Counted from the stretch's first letter, positions 1 to 9,060 are shown. The stretch is 56,232 nt of DNA from Candidatus Uhrbacteria bacterium (GCA_018673485.1 JABHCP010000002.1:67502-123733), one strand, 5' to 3'. A program made the numbers and translations. Notes: generated from the sequence alone by a model not told the origin.

Positions 1-2
1 AT

Positions 3-1076
3 CCGACAGGACAAGACTTACACATTGGTCATGCTTTGCAGTTACGCAAGCTTAGGCAGTTTCAAGACCTCGGGCACGAGATCATTATGCTGATCGGATC
101 GTTTACTGGAATGATTGGGGACCCGACTGACAAAGGTGCGGCAAGGCAGAAGCTAACGCGAAAAGAGGTTTTGCTTAATGCGGCGACATACAAAAAGCAG
201 GCAGCGAAGATCTTATCGTTTAAAGGAAAGAATCCCGCAAAGATTATGTTTAATCACAAGTGGCTCTCGAAGATGAACTTTGGCGATGTAGTTGATTTAG
301 CAAGCAACTTCACTGTTCAGCAAATGCTCGAGCGTGATATGTTCGAACGTCGAATTAAAGAGGGGAAGCCAGTGCACTTGCATGAGTTTATGTATCCGCT
401 TATGCAGGGGTATGACTCAGTGGAGATGGATGTTGATTTAGAGGTTGGTGGAACGGATCAGACTTTCAACATGCTTGCGGGGCGTACTTTGATGAAGTCG
501 ATGAAAGGAAAGGAGAAGATGGTAATGACACTTAAGTTGCTTGCAAACGATGAAGGTAAGAAGATGAGCAAGACCGAGGGTGGATTTATTGCACTTAACG
601 ACGCACCAGAGGATATGTATGGAAAGATTATGGCCATGGATGACGGAGTGATCATTCCTTACTTTGAGCTTTGTACAGATTTACCAATGGAGGAAGTTAA
701 TGGTAAGAAGATACAGATGGAGCAGGGGGTGAATCCGCGTGACATCAAAGCAGAGCTAGCGTTTGAGGTTGTGAAGACTTATCACGATGAGGAAATGGCA
801 AAGAAAGCTGCTGAGCACTTTGTGAATGTTTTTCAAAAGCATGAGGCTCCCAAGGATATGAAAGAGCTTGCAGTATCGAGCCCTGAGTCGATTATTGACG
901 TGCTAGTTCGGTCGAACTTAGTTTCATCAAAATCAGATGCCAGGAGAATGATTGAACAAAAAGGTGTTAAGCTTGATGGTGATGTGATTGAATCAGTTGA
1001 TCAGATGATCGAAGGCACCATGGGTGGCATTGTTCTTCAAAAAGGAAAGAGACATTTTGTTAAATTGGTTAAATAA
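3..1076 (+). CDS. tyrS: Tyrosine--tRNA ligase (5' end truncated by the window edge)
   Basis: The frame is open from base 3 (PTGQDLHIGHA, HIGH motif). It also has YPLMQGYD, GGTDQ, KMSKT and a C-terminal S4-like domain (SKSDARRMIEQKGVKLDG). Confidence 0.97.
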   Translation, partial: PTGQDLHIGHALQLRKLRQFQDLGHEIIMLIGSFTGMIGDPTDKGAARQKLTRKEVLLNAATYKKQAAKILSFKGKNPAKIMFNHKWLSKMNFGDVVDLASNFTVQQMLERDMFERRIKEGKPVHLHEFMYPLMQGYDSVEMDVDLEVGGTDQTFNMLAGRTLMKSMKGKEKMVMTLKLLANDEGKKMSKTEGGFIALNDAPEDMYGKIMAMDDGVIIPYFELCTDLPMEEVNGKKIQMEQGVNPRDIKAELAFEVVKTYHDEEMAKKAAEHFVNVFQKHEAPKDMKELAVSSPESIIDVLVRSNLVSSKSDARRMIEQKGVKLDGDVIESVDQMIEGTMGGIVLQKGKRHFVKLVK

Positions 1077-1089
1077 ATATAAATAATTT

Positions 1090-1223
1090 GTCATTCTGAG
1101 CAGAGCGAAGAATCTACTAGGTCGAGAGGATCTCTCCGATGCGTCGAGATGGAAGTAAATTTCCCATTTCGAACGGAGAGAGAAATCTTCTTGGGCAGAT
1201 CCTTCGCAGAGCCTCAGGATGAT
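1090..1223. repeat. Composite palindromic repeat (family B arms enclosing a family A-like core)
   Basis: gtcattctgag..gaagaatct...agatccttcg..ctcaggatga arms. It aligns along its length with the reverse complement of 55122-55255. Confidence 0.85.
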
Positions 1224-1234
1224 GAAGTGAGAAT

Positions 1235-2935
1235 ATGTACGCACGCGAAAAAGCAAAACAAGAAGTTTTAAATGCACTTAGAAAATACATCGAAGTAGAT
1301 GTAAGCATTGATGACATTGAAACCCCGCCTGACAATAAGATGGGGGACTTCGCATATCCTGTCTTTCAGGCTGCTAAGAAGATGAAGAAGAACCCAGCCG
1401 AGCTTGCAACCGAGATCGCGGTAAAGATCGGACCATCTGATTTAGTTGATGGTGTGAAGGCTGTCGGGCCTTATGTGAACTTTACACTCAAGATGCCAGC
1501 GTTTGGTGCTAAGGTTTTGGAAGACGTTGAGTTGAAAAAAGAAAAGTACGGTCAGGTGACAGTAGGTGAGGGTAAAAAAATTATCGTTGATTACGCTCAG
1601 CCAAACACTCACAAAGAATTTCACGTTGGGCATATTAGAAATGCAGTTTTGGGTCAGTCAATTATCAATACACTTCGCGCTAGTGGGTATGAGGTGGTGG
1701 CTGCGTCATACATCGGGGACGTTGGAGCGCACGTTGCTAAGGCTTTGTGGGGAATGGAGAAGTTCCACAAGGGAGAGGAGTTTGATAAAGAAACGCGAGC
1801 GCAAAGACTTGGACAGATTTATACCGAAGCAACAAAAGCAGTTGAGGAGAATGAAGATTATAAATTAGAAATCGCAGAGGTGCTCAAGGCTATTGAGGCG
1901 CAGCAGGATCCGTGGTTTTCACTTTGGAAAAAAACAAGAGAGTGGAGCCTGGATTCATTTAAAGCAATATTTAAAGAGCTCTCAATCGAGCCTGACGCTT
2001 GGTACTTTGAAAGTGAAGTAGAAAAGCCAGGTAAGGAAATAGTTTCAAAGATGCTTACAGACGGGATTGCAAAAAAGAGCGAAGGCGCTGTAATAGTTGA
2101 TTTGGAAAAAGAGGACTTGGGAGCATTCTTGGTGCTTAAGTCAGATGGGTCGTCATTGTATGCGACTAAGGACTTGGCACTGGCGATGAAAAAGGAAAAA
2201 GATCACGGAGCTGATAGGCAGATTTTTGTAGTGGACGTTCGTCAGTCACTTCATTTTAAACAGTTGTTTGCTACCTTGAATCGAATGGGATTTGAAAAGC
2301 AACTTATACATATTTACTACGACATGGTAAATTTGCCAGGTGCTACTATGTCATCACGCGCTGGGAACATCATTACTTATGAAGATTTGCGTGATCAGAT
2401 GAGCGAGCGATTGATTAAGGAGACTAAGGAGCGACACGAGGACTGGTCAGATAAAAAGATTGCAGAAGTGGCCAAGGCCGTGTCGATTGCATCGATAGAG
2501 TTTATGATGTTGCGTCAAGATGCGGAATCAATTATCACCTTTGATATGGATGAGGCCATGAGTTTTGATGGATTTACAGCACCATACTTGCTTTACACTG
2601 TTGCGCGAATTGGGAGTATTGAGAAGAAGGCCAAGAAGAAGGCAAAGTCTGCCGTTGCGCATCTTACTCATGAAAAAGAAGCAGAACTTTTGCGAAAGCT
2701 GTCAGAATATCCAGAAGTGATTGAGCGTGCTGGATTAAAGTTCCACATTTCTGCAATCGCTGTTTGGGTGTTCGAGCTGGCGCAATTGTTTAATGAGTAT
2801 TACCATGATGTCAGAATTTTGGATGACGAGGACTTGGATCGAATGCGCGCGCGACTAGCATTGATCGGTGCAGTAAGGGTGACAATGAAGAATGGACTTA
2901 AGTTACTTAATATAGAGACATTAAAAGAAATGTAG
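1235..2935 (+). CDS. argS: Arginine--tRNA ligase
   Basis: QPNTHKEFHVGH (HIGH-like), KSDGSSLYATKD, MSSR, and a C-terminal DALR domain ending KEM. Confidence 0.97.
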   Translation: MYAREKAKQEVLNALRKYIEVDVSIDDIETPPDNKMGDFAYPVFQAAKKMKKNPAELATEIAVKIGPSDLVDGVKAVGPYVNFTLKMPAFGAKVLEDVELKKEKYGQVTVGEGKKIIVDYAQPNTHKEFHVGHIRNAVLGQSIINTLRASGYEVVAASYIGDVGAHVAKALWGMEKFHKGEEFDKETRAQRLGQIYTEATKAVEENEDYKLEIAEVLKAIEAQQDPWFSLWKKTREWSLDSFKAIFKELSIEPDAWYFESEVEKPGKEIVSKMLTDGIAKKSEGAVIVDLEKEDLGAFLVLKSDGSSLYATKDLALAMKKEKDHGADRQIFVVDVRQSLHFKQLFATLNRMGFEKQLIHIYYDMVNLPGATMSSRAGNIITYEDLRDQMSERLIKETKERHEDWSDKKIAEVAKAVSIASIEFMMLRQDAESIITFDMDEAMSFDGFTAPYLLYTVARIGSIEKKAKKKAKSAVAHLTHEKEAELLRKLSEYPEVIERAGLKFHISAIAVWVFELAQLFNEYYHDVRILDDEDLDRMRARLALIGAVRVTMKNGLKLLNIETLKEM

Positions 2936-2939
2936 GAGT

Positions 2940-3022
2940 GACAGTATGCAGTAGACAGTAGGCAGTAGGCGGTTCGAAATTTTGAACCGTATATCGCATA
3001 CTGCATTCTGCATTCTGCCTAC
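2940..3022. repeat. Inverted pair of heptamer tandem repeats (cagtagg-like / cattctg-like) around a small hairpin
   Basis: gacagtatgcagtagacagtaggcagtaggc ... ggttcgaaattttgaacc ... gcatactgcattctgcattctgcctac. Confidence 0.7.
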
Positions 3023-3036
3023 AATAATTATCATAT

Positions 3037-3414
3037 ATGGCAAAAAATCAGAGTGCTGAAACAATTATCGCACAAGGCGTGCGAGTGGAGGGGGATTTTG
3101 TAAGTGATGGTGACGTAATCATCGAGGGTGAAGTGGCTGGAAATGTTCAGGCTGCTGGAGACTTGCGTGTTGGTAATGATGCTAAGATTCATGCTGACGT
3201 TGTCGCGCGTAATGCGAATGTGTCTGGTGAGATTCGCGGAAACGTGCAGATCGCCGAGAAGCTCGAGCTTCTTTCAACTGCTAAAATGATCGGTGACGTT
3301 ACAACCAATGTTCTATCTGTTGCCTCAGGCGCACAAGTTAATGGAAAGATTACTATGGACGGTCGCGAGGTTAAGGTTGAGAAGCAGAAAGTTAAAGAGG
3401 AAGAAAAAGTTTAA
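3037..3414 (+). CDS. Bactofilin (polymer-forming cytoskeletal protein, CcmA family)
   Basis: ETIIAQGVRVEGD..IEGEVAGNV beta-helix repeats and LELLSTAKMIGDV..LSVASGAQVNGKITM. Confidence 0.9.
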   Translation: MAKNQSAETIIAQGVRVEGDFVSDGDVIIEGEVAGNVQAAGDLRVGNDAKIHADVVARNANVSGEIRGNVQIAEKLELLSTAKMIGDVTTNVLSVASGAQVNGKITMDGREVKVEKQKVKEEEKV

Positions 3415-3426
3415 ATAAAATCACAG

Positions 3427-3527
3427 CACCCATCCAGAGGAGCCCAAAGGCGACGAAGGATCCCGTACGTTGCCGATCGAACGTCGACGTAAGCAACGGG
3501 ACTCTGCGCTGGCGCTCTGAGTGGGTG
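3427..3527. repeat. Palindromic repeat, family B variant (cccatccagag...ctctgagtggg)
   Basis: The left arm cccatccagaggagcc[ct]aaaggcgacgaaggatc is shared with 22417-22513. The core gatcccgt..cgaacgt..gtaagca.cgggact is shared with 14441-14542. Confidence 0.85.
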
Positions 3528-3535
3528 GTTATATT

Positions 3536-4282
3536 ATGTACTATTACGTCTACGATGAGTTTGTTCAAGACCCAAAGTTTGAACGCGATCTTGCATTGAT
3601 CGAAACCAGACTGACGGACCTTGGAATTGCAGGCAAGATTGCCAGACTTGCGCTTTTTCGTGATCCAAAAGAACTCATTCGTGACGAGATCCGAAAGGGT
3701 GCAAAAACAATCGTGGCGGTAGGAAATGATATTACGCTCCGGCGAGTGATCGATGCAGTGGGAGACTCGGGTGTCGTGATTGGTGTTGTACCAGTCGGAA
3801 AGGATGGGAATATTTTGTCTTCGATTCTAGGGATTCCTGTGGGAGTAGACGCATGCGACATCCTCTCAGCTCGTATTATCGAGGAGCTCGACATTGGCGA
3901 GGTAAACGCCCGACGATTCTTGCACACCGTACACGTGCCACAGGTTTCACAGGTTGAAGTAGTGGTGGATAAAGGCTACAAGATGAATGCATTTAAAAAA
4001 TGTACAGTAGAGGTCCGCAACCTGGCCTTGGAAGGCGAGGACGTACGAGCAGCAAATCCAGTCGACGGAAAATTAGAATGCGTACTGCGAACTCCATCAA
4101 AAGGACTTTTCAAAAAGAACAAGCTAAATACTTCCATAGTTCCTGCCAAAGATTTGCAGATGACCCTAAGCAATTCAGTAAAATGCATCGCCGACGGAGA
4201 AGAATTCGAAAGCAACGAACTAAGATTCAAAATAATCCCAAAGGCTTTGAGAGTGATCACGGGAAAGGGGAGAAAGTTTTAA
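3536..4282 (+). CDS. Diacylglycerol kinase catalytic-domain-like protein
   Basis: IVAVGNDITL (in place of GGDGT), IGVVPVG..N, and ADGE near the C-terminus. ATG at 3536 is preferred because the GTG at 3521 lies inside a repeat. Confidence 0.7.
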   Translation: MYYYVYDEFVQDPKFERDLALIETRLTDLGIAGKIARLALFRDPKELIRDEIRKGAKTIVAVGNDITLRRVIDAVGDSGVVIGVVPVGKDGNILSSILGIPVGVDACDILSARIIEELDIGEVNARRFLHTVHVPQVSQVEVVVDKGYKMNAFKKCTVEVRNLALEGEDVRAANPVDGKLECVLRTPSKGLFKKNKLNTSIVPAKDLQMTLSNSVKCIADGEEFESNELRFKIIPKALRVITGKGRKF

Positions 4283-4292
4283 ATAAACAAAC

Positions 4293-4324
4293 AAAAAACC
4301 GCCAGACTAATCTGGTGGTTTTTT
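4293..4324. terminator. Intrinsic terminator hairpin between the convergent DAGK-like gene and tRNA-Val
   Basis: aaaaaacc-gccaga-ctaa-tctggt-ggtttttt, with A/T tracts on both sides. Confidence 0.7.
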
Positions 4325-4400
4325 GGTGGGTGTTGAGGGACTCGAACCCCCGACCCTCTCGGTGTAAACGAGATGCTCTAGCCAGCTGAGCTAAACACCC
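4324..4400 (-). tRNA. tRNA-Val (anticodon TAC)
   Basis: GGGTGTTTAGCTCAGCTGGCTAGAGCA-TCTCG-TTTACAC-CGAGA-GGGTCGGGGGTTCGAGTCCCTCAACACCCACCA, with encoded CCA. Confidence 0.97.
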
Positions 4401-4421
4401 ATATGCATCAATTGCGAGAAA

Positions 4422-4472
4422 AGAATAACATATGTATCTGTGATTGACAAGGGGGTGGGTATTGGGTATATT
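4422..4472. promoter_or_regulatory. Back-to-back sigma70 promoters for tRNA-Leu (+) and tRNA-Val (-)
   Basis: + strand: TTGACA(4444-4449)-17-TATATT(4467-4472). - strand: TTGTCA(4450-4445)-17-TATTCT(4427-4422). Confidence 0.75.
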
Positions 4473-4492
4473 TCTGGCGCACCAATTATTAC

Positions 4493-4579
4493 GCGAACGT
4501 GGTGGAATTGGTAGACACGCCAGCTTGAGGGGCTGGTGCTCGCAAGGGCATGGAGGTTCGAGTCCTCTCGTTCGCACCA
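4493..4579 (+). tRNA. tRNA-Leu (anticodon GAG)
   Basis: GCGAACGTGGTGGAATTGGTAGACACG-CCAGC-TTGAGGG-GCTGG, long variable arm (TGCTCGCAAGGGCA), GTTCGAGTC T-loop, ends CGTTCGCACCA. Confidence 0.97.
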
Positions 4580-4644
4580 AAAGATTCTGACTATACGTCG
4601 GGATTTTTTGTATTGTTGGGAATTATTCGATAAACTGGGGCGGT

Positions 4645-5229
4645 ATGATTGATGATTTTGAGGTGCAGGAATTTGTTGAGAGGAGGTTTAGTAATTTGGA
4701 TGTGGTGGGGGAGGATATTGAGGGTAAATACTTTGAACGGTGTACGTTTATAAAGTGTACGTTCTCAAAGTGTAACTTTTCTGGTTCAGAATTTTCTGAT
4801 TGTGTGTTTGATGGTTGTGAATTAAGTTTGCCTAAGCTTAAGAACTGCAGTTTGAAGAATGTTAACTTTAAAACTACAAAATTGATTGGTGTCGATTTCA
4901 CAAAGTGTATAGTTAGTTTTTTGGAGTTGAGCTTTAGTAATTGTCTTATCGATACGTGCAACTTCTCCATGCTACCGATGAAAAATACACCATTTGAAAA
5001 ATGCGTTATTCGGGAATGTACTTTTGGAGATATGGACCTTTCAAATTCAACTTTTAATAATTGTGATTTAGAAAGAACCCTCTTCCACAACGCCAAGCTC
5101 GACAAGGCTGATTTCTCCAGTGCAAATAATTATTCTATCAACCCACTGAACAATTCAATCAAAGGCGCAAAGTTTTCCCTACCAGCCGCAACCGCCTTAC
5201 TCACCGCATTTGAGATAGAGTTAAAGTAA
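4645..5229 (+). CDS. Pentapeptide repeat protein (Qnr/MfpA-like fold)
   Basis: Recurring five-residue repeats: CTFIK CTFSK CNFSG SEFSD CVFDG ... LSNSTFNNCDLERTLF..AKLDKADFS. Confidence 0.88.
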   Translation: MIDDFEVQEFVERRFSNLDVVGEDIEGKYFERCTFIKCTFSKCNFSGSEFSDCVFDGCELSLPKLKNCSLKNVNFKTTKLIGVDFTKCIVSFLELSFSNCLIDTCNFSMLPMKNTPFEKCVIRECTFGDMDLSNSTFNNCDLERTLFHNAKLDKADFSSANNYSINPLNNSIKGAKFSLPAATALLTAFEIELK

Positions 5230-5331
5230 TGATTATGAAAGTAGTCCTCCCACGAGGTTTTTTTGTTTTCTAAAAGCAGAAACGCCCACCACGGAGGTGG
5301 CAGGCGCAGTACGGGACGTGAGGTCAAGTGG

Positions 5332-5694
5332 CTAGCACTTGATGATGAAGACGTAGGTGTCACCGGGGTTGGTGACGATGCGCTTCTTCGTGCCCTTCTT
5401 TTTTTCATCGTCGACCATCGCGTAGGTCTCCCACTTCACGATGCAGAGACGTACGTGCGCGAGCGTCATGCAGGAGCTGACTTCGGCCCTGATGTCGTTG
5501 AAGTTGTAGATCTCGAGCACCTCGGCAGCCGCCTTCTGTGCAGCCACGCTTGGGCCAGCGGCGCCGACGATCTCGGCGCGCTTCTTGTTGCTCGAGAGGT
5601 ACACACGCACCGCAGAGCTGACAGCTTGCTCGATGGCGAGCTGCAGGACAACAGACTCCGCAACAGTGCGACCGGTTTGTTCGTTTCCCGACAT
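5332..5694 (-). CDS. Hypothetical protein (solitary, GC-rich ORFan)
   Basis: Open frame with SD GGAGGT before the ATG at 5694. Upstream - strand promoter TTGACT-17-TAAGGT near 5730-5757. Confidence 0.7.
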   Translation of the reverse strand: MSGNEQTGRTVAESVVLQLAIEQAVSSAVRVYLSSNKKRAEIVGAAGPSVAAQKAAAEVLEIYNFNDIRAEVSSCMTLAHVRLCIVKWETYAMVDDEKKKGTKKRIVTNPGDTYVFIIKC

Positions 5695-5807
5695 GACCAC
5701 CTCCAGGTTTGAGTTGTCAGGAGAGTGACCTTAGCTGATTTAGATGGAAAAGTCAATCACTCATCTTCAGAGTTGCCTATCCCGCCGGCGCTTCTCTTTG
5801 GCGGGAC

Positions 5808-5835
5808 TGCATACCGCATACCGCATACCGCCTAC
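5808..5835. repeat. Heptamer tandem repeat (ataccgc)x3
   Basis: tgc-ataccgc-ataccgc-ataccgc-ctac, directly before a TGATATAAT extended -10. Confidence 0.8.
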
Positions 5836-5855
5836 TTTTGATATAATAAAAACAT

Positions 5856-6104
5856 ATGGGAGCATTTATTTTAAGAACATTAATCGGACTTGTGGTCACA
5901 GCACTTGGTCTTTCTATGACCTGGAAGACAGAGTGGTTTTTAAGGATACTGGGACGTAATCCATGGGCAGAGAGAAACTTAGGAAGCGGCGGAACGCGAT
6001 TGTTGTATAAGCTTATTGGAATGGCTATTATGGTTATTGGATTTATCATTGTTACAGATCTTTGGGACAATTTTATGCTCTGGTTAGTTGGTTCATTATT
6101 TTAG
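5856..6104 (+). CDS. Small two-TM membrane protein
   Basis: Two hydrophobic segments flanking WFLRILGRNPWAERNLGSGGTRLLYKLIG. Extended -10 TGATATAAT at 5839-5847. Confidence 0.8.
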   Translation: MGAFILRTLIGLVVTALGLSMTWKTEWFLRILGRNPWAERNLGSGGTRLLYKLIGMAIMVIGFIIVTDLWDNFMLWLVGSLF

Positions 6105-6107
6105 ATT

Positions 6108-6265
6108 CCCACTTCGACGTATCGGAGAAGTCTTCTCGGGCTCGATCGAATCCTAGAAGATCTCTCACTTCGTTCGAGATGGGAACTAAGTTCCATTTCG
6201 ACGTCCAGGAGAAAACTTCTCGTTTAAATCGAGTATTAGAAGATCTCTCCGTTGCGTCGAGATGG
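6108..6265. repeat. Palindromic repeat family A, two tandem units
   Basis: cccacttcgac..gagaagtcttct ... agaagatctctc..tcgagatgg occurs twice. The same motif is at 17310-17392 and inside the composites at 1090 and 55122. Confidence 0.8.
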
Positions 6266-6306
6266 TAAGCTTTCCACTTTAAACTTTCTACTTTCTATTA
6301 TTTCCT

Positions 6307-6855
6307 ATGAGCACAGGCAGTGTATTACTTGATTCAAAAAAGATACTCCGCGAGATTGGTTTGCGTGAGGGTGATAAGGCGGCCGACTTTGGTGCCGGAC
6401 GCACCGGTCATTTTGTTTTCCCAGCGTCACAGATTGTGGGAGAAGAAGGAACTGTTTATGCGGTCGATATTGTTAAGGATGTTTTAGCTATGATCGATGG
6501 GCGCAGAAAGTTATTTGGGATTTTGAATATGCACACCGTGTGGGGGGATTTTGAACGCGAGGGAGGAGTCAGAATTAAAGATCACACACTTGATTGGGTA
6601 TTGGTGGTAAATAATGTGTGGTGCGTTAAGGATGTTGGAGTTTTAGCTCACGAGATTAAGAGAGTTTTAAAACCTGAAGGAAAAATCTTGGTAGTTGACT
6701 GGAGTCGGCGCGCGGATAGTCCAGCAGCACCTCCAAAAGATAAGCGCAAAGAAGCGATGGAGGTGGAAGCGCGGTTTTTGCAAGAGGGTATTGTTAAAGA
6801 TCGAGATTTGCAAGTTAACGATACACACTGGGGTGTTGTATTCAGAATTGCTTGA
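6307..6855 (+). CDS. Class I SAM-dependent methyltransferase
   Basis: Motif I ADFGAGRTGHF, VYAVDI, and EIKRVLKPEGKILVVDW. Confidence 0.88.
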   Translation: MSTGSVLLDSKKILREIGLREGDKAADFGAGRTGHFVFPASQIVGEEGTVYAVDIVKDVLAMIDGRRKLFGILNMHTVWGDFEREGGVRIKDHTLDWVLVVNNVWCVKDVGVLAHEIKRVLKPEGKILVVDWSRRADSPAAPPKDKRKEAMEVEARFLQEGIVKDRDLQVNDTHWGVVFRIA

Positions 6856-6889
6856 CGATCAGGGATCAAGTTAGTAATATCGCTTCACA

Positions 6890-6988
6890 GGCAACCACCC
6901 CCAGCCCCTCCTTGGGAAGGAGGGGAGATTAGATTGAATTCGATCAAGGTCCCCCCCACTTCCCAAGGGGGAGATAGAGGGGGTTGCC
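6890..6988. repeat. Palindromic repeat family C (full two-arm copy)
   Basis: ggcaaccacccccagcccctccttgggaaggagggg ... cccccccacttcccaagggggagatagagggggttgcc. Confidence 0.85.
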
Positions 6989-7037
6989 ATTAGACTAGTT
7001 TTTGATTCGTTGTTTTATCACCTTTACTATTTCAAAT

Positions 7038-7457
7038 ATGGATTTATCACAAATTTTCTCACTAGGTTTCTGGTTTGACCTTCATACAACCGGACTGAGC
7101 ACATCGTTTGAGCGTGGATTCTTTTTCTTGTTCGCATTGTTTATTATTCTAGGCTCAGTGAGCAGGATAATGGCAAAGAACAAAAAAGATGATCGTTTTA
7201 TGGTGAAGGCCTACAAGTATGTTGGACAGATGTTTATGACATTAGGTGCTCTTGGTCTTCTATGGTTCTTCTTTGCCTATGAGCAGATCTATTTCTTTGG
7301 CGCACGTTTCTGGTTCCTAGTTTGGTTGCTAGGTTTGATCGCTTGGATAGTATGGATTGTTCGGTACGTAAAAGTAAAGATCCCAGAGCTCAAAGAGATG
7401 GGTGCAGTTAAGAAGGAGGTCAACAAGTATATTCCAAAGAAAAAGAGTAAAAGATAA
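7038..7457 (+). CDS. Hypothetical membrane protein (about 3 TM, basic C-terminal tail)
   Basis: Hydrophobic helices and a YIPKKKSKR end. ATG at 7038 is preferred over the TTG at 7002. Confidence 0.8.
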   Translation: MDLSQIFSLGFWFDLHTTGLSTSFERGFFFLFALFIILGSVSRIMAKNKKDDRFMVKAYKYVGQMFMTLGALGLLWFFFAYEQIYFFGARFWFLVWLLGLIAWIVWIVRYVKVKIPELKEMGAVKKEVNKYIPKKKSKR

Positions 7458-7458
7458 T

Positions 7459-7818
7459 ATGGATCCGCGGCGTCGGTTTGGCAATAAAGCTGAAAACCTG
7501 GCGGCGCGGTTTTTAGTTTCCAAAGGTTATAAGATTCTAAAGCGTCAGTATCGCACGCGCGGTGGAGAGATCGACCTGATCGCACTCGACGGAGATGAAA
7601 TTGTGTTCATCGAAGTAAAGGCTCGAACAACAAATGAGTTCGGCTACCCTGAAGAGTCAGTCACCCGCGACAAATTGCGCAAGATCCAAGCAACAGCCGA
7701 GCTCTATTTATCAAAATCAAAATCATTAAATTCCCCATACCGCATTGAGGTTGTGGCTGTTGAATATCAAAAAGGTATGGATCCGATAATAACCATTGTA
7801 CCGGTGGTTGAGGTTTAA
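7459..7818 (+). CDS. yraN: YraN/UPF0102 family endonuclease-like protein
   Basis: GNKAENLAARFL..KGYKIL..QYR..GGEIDLIA.DG..IVFIEVKAR. Confidence 0.9.
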   Translation: MDPRRRFGNKAENLAARFLVSKGYKILKRQYRTRGGEIDLIALDGDEIVFIEVKARTTNEFGYPEESVTRDKLRKIQATAELYLSKSKSLNSPYRIEVVAVEYQKGMDPIITIVPVVEV

Positions 7819-7917
7819 CTGTGGATAGCAGTTTAACTGATATCCACAGATTTTGGGGATAAAGCAATGATCGCCCGCACAAGAGTGCGGGCGACGATGT
7901 TGTCTGAAACGCGAGGG

Positions 7918-8913
7918 CTACATGGTGGGCATCTCCAGGCGGTGCTTGTCGCAGAAGCGCTGAAGTTTTTTGGTCCGCTCACGCGTGACGTGGTAGCGGA
8001 TCAGCAGGCGTAGCTTGTTGCCAGGCGCGCGGACTGGGTACCACTTGCGGTTGCGGTAGTACCCATCTCCGCCCAACTCTGCGCGGCTAGCAGGGCATTC
8101 CAAGTCGGAGATCTTGCCAACGTCGGCGTAGGCGCCCCACAGCCAAGCCATCGGGAGGTGGCCGTTTTTGTCCAAGATCTGGGGCTTGGAACCCTTGCAG
8201 TTCTGACCGTAGCTGAACTGCAAATGACGAGCTGTGTTTTCCCAGGCCTCGGGATCTTCCGAGACCGCGGGCACAAGGCCGTCCTGGCGGTGTGCTCGCC
8301 ACACCATGTCGATGTAGGTCGCGAGCGGTCGGTAGTGAGCGATCGCGCGCATGTGCATAGCGATCAGCGTACACTGTGATTGCGGTGTCGGGGTCTCTGG
8401 AAGCCAGAAGGGCTTTTCGACCGTTGCACCATAGGCGTGGCACTCCATGCGAATAGCCTGAACCATGAGGTCAAAGGCGCGCTTGTGGTCACCACTTTCC
8501 ATAAAACGTCCCAGGTTGTGCATCAAGTAGACGTGAAGCGCGAGGGGCCAGCTTGTGATCAGCTCGAGCTCGCTCTTCTTCATGTTGATGAAAAGCGGTG
8601 CGAACATGTTTTCATGGCGGTCGATCACCTGCGAGTTCTCGCGTGCCGCGACCAGCTCTTCGAGCAGTTCGGGCTGAGCTTGGAACTGCTGCGAGAGCTG
8701 AAGCAGGCGCTTGAAGGCGTTGTGACGATAGTGGCCGGGTAGACCCAGAACCATCATGATCAGGTAGTTCCAGCCGATCTCGCTGGCACCGCTTTCAAGG
8801 TGGCTCACCTGCCCCAGGAACAAGTCGCTGAGCAGACTGTCTTGTTGGGCCATCGCAATGGCCGTCTCTGGATCATCGCGGTAGATGTCCAGGAGGATAT
8901 CGATATCGTTCAT
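7918..8913 (-). CDS. Hypothetical protein (solitary, GC-rich ORFan, 331 aa)
   Basis: Long ORF with normal composition, SD GGGAG 6 nt before the ATG, its own promoter, and a downstream hairpin near 7870-7899. No family recognised. Confidence 0.75.
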   Translation of the reverse strand: MNDIDILLDIYRDDPETAIAMAQQDSLLSDLFLGQVSHLESGASEIGWNYLIMMVLGLPGHYRHNAFKRLLQLSQQFQAQPELLEELVAARENSQVIDRHENMFAPLFINMKKSELELITSWPLALHVYLMHNLGRFMESGDHKRAFDLMVQAIRMECHAYGATVEKPFWLPETPTPQSQCTLIAMHMRAIAHYRPLATYIDMVWRAHRQDGLVPAVSEDPEAWENTARHLQFSYGQNCKGSKPQILDKNGHLPMAWLWGAYADVGKISDLECPASRAELGGDGYYRNRKWYPVRAPGNKLRLLIRYHVTRERTKKLQRFCDKHRLEMPTM

Positions 8914-8996
8914 GTCGTTCTCCCACCAATGCTATTAATAACAAAGGTATTTGGAGTGCGGTTGTTGATCCGGACGGAATTCCAGATAACTACAAA

Positions 8997-9060
8997 AAAG
9001 TACACTAAAAACAGCAAAATGTCAATAGCGCTTGCCAAACATTAAACCTCGTGTTATCCT
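8997..9060. promoter_or_regulatory. Divergent sigma70 promoters (ORFan on -, nusA on +)
   Basis: - strand: TTGACA(9025-9020)-17-TACTTT(9002-8997). + strand: TTGCCA(9032-9037)-17-TATCCT(9055-9060). Confidence 0.65.
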
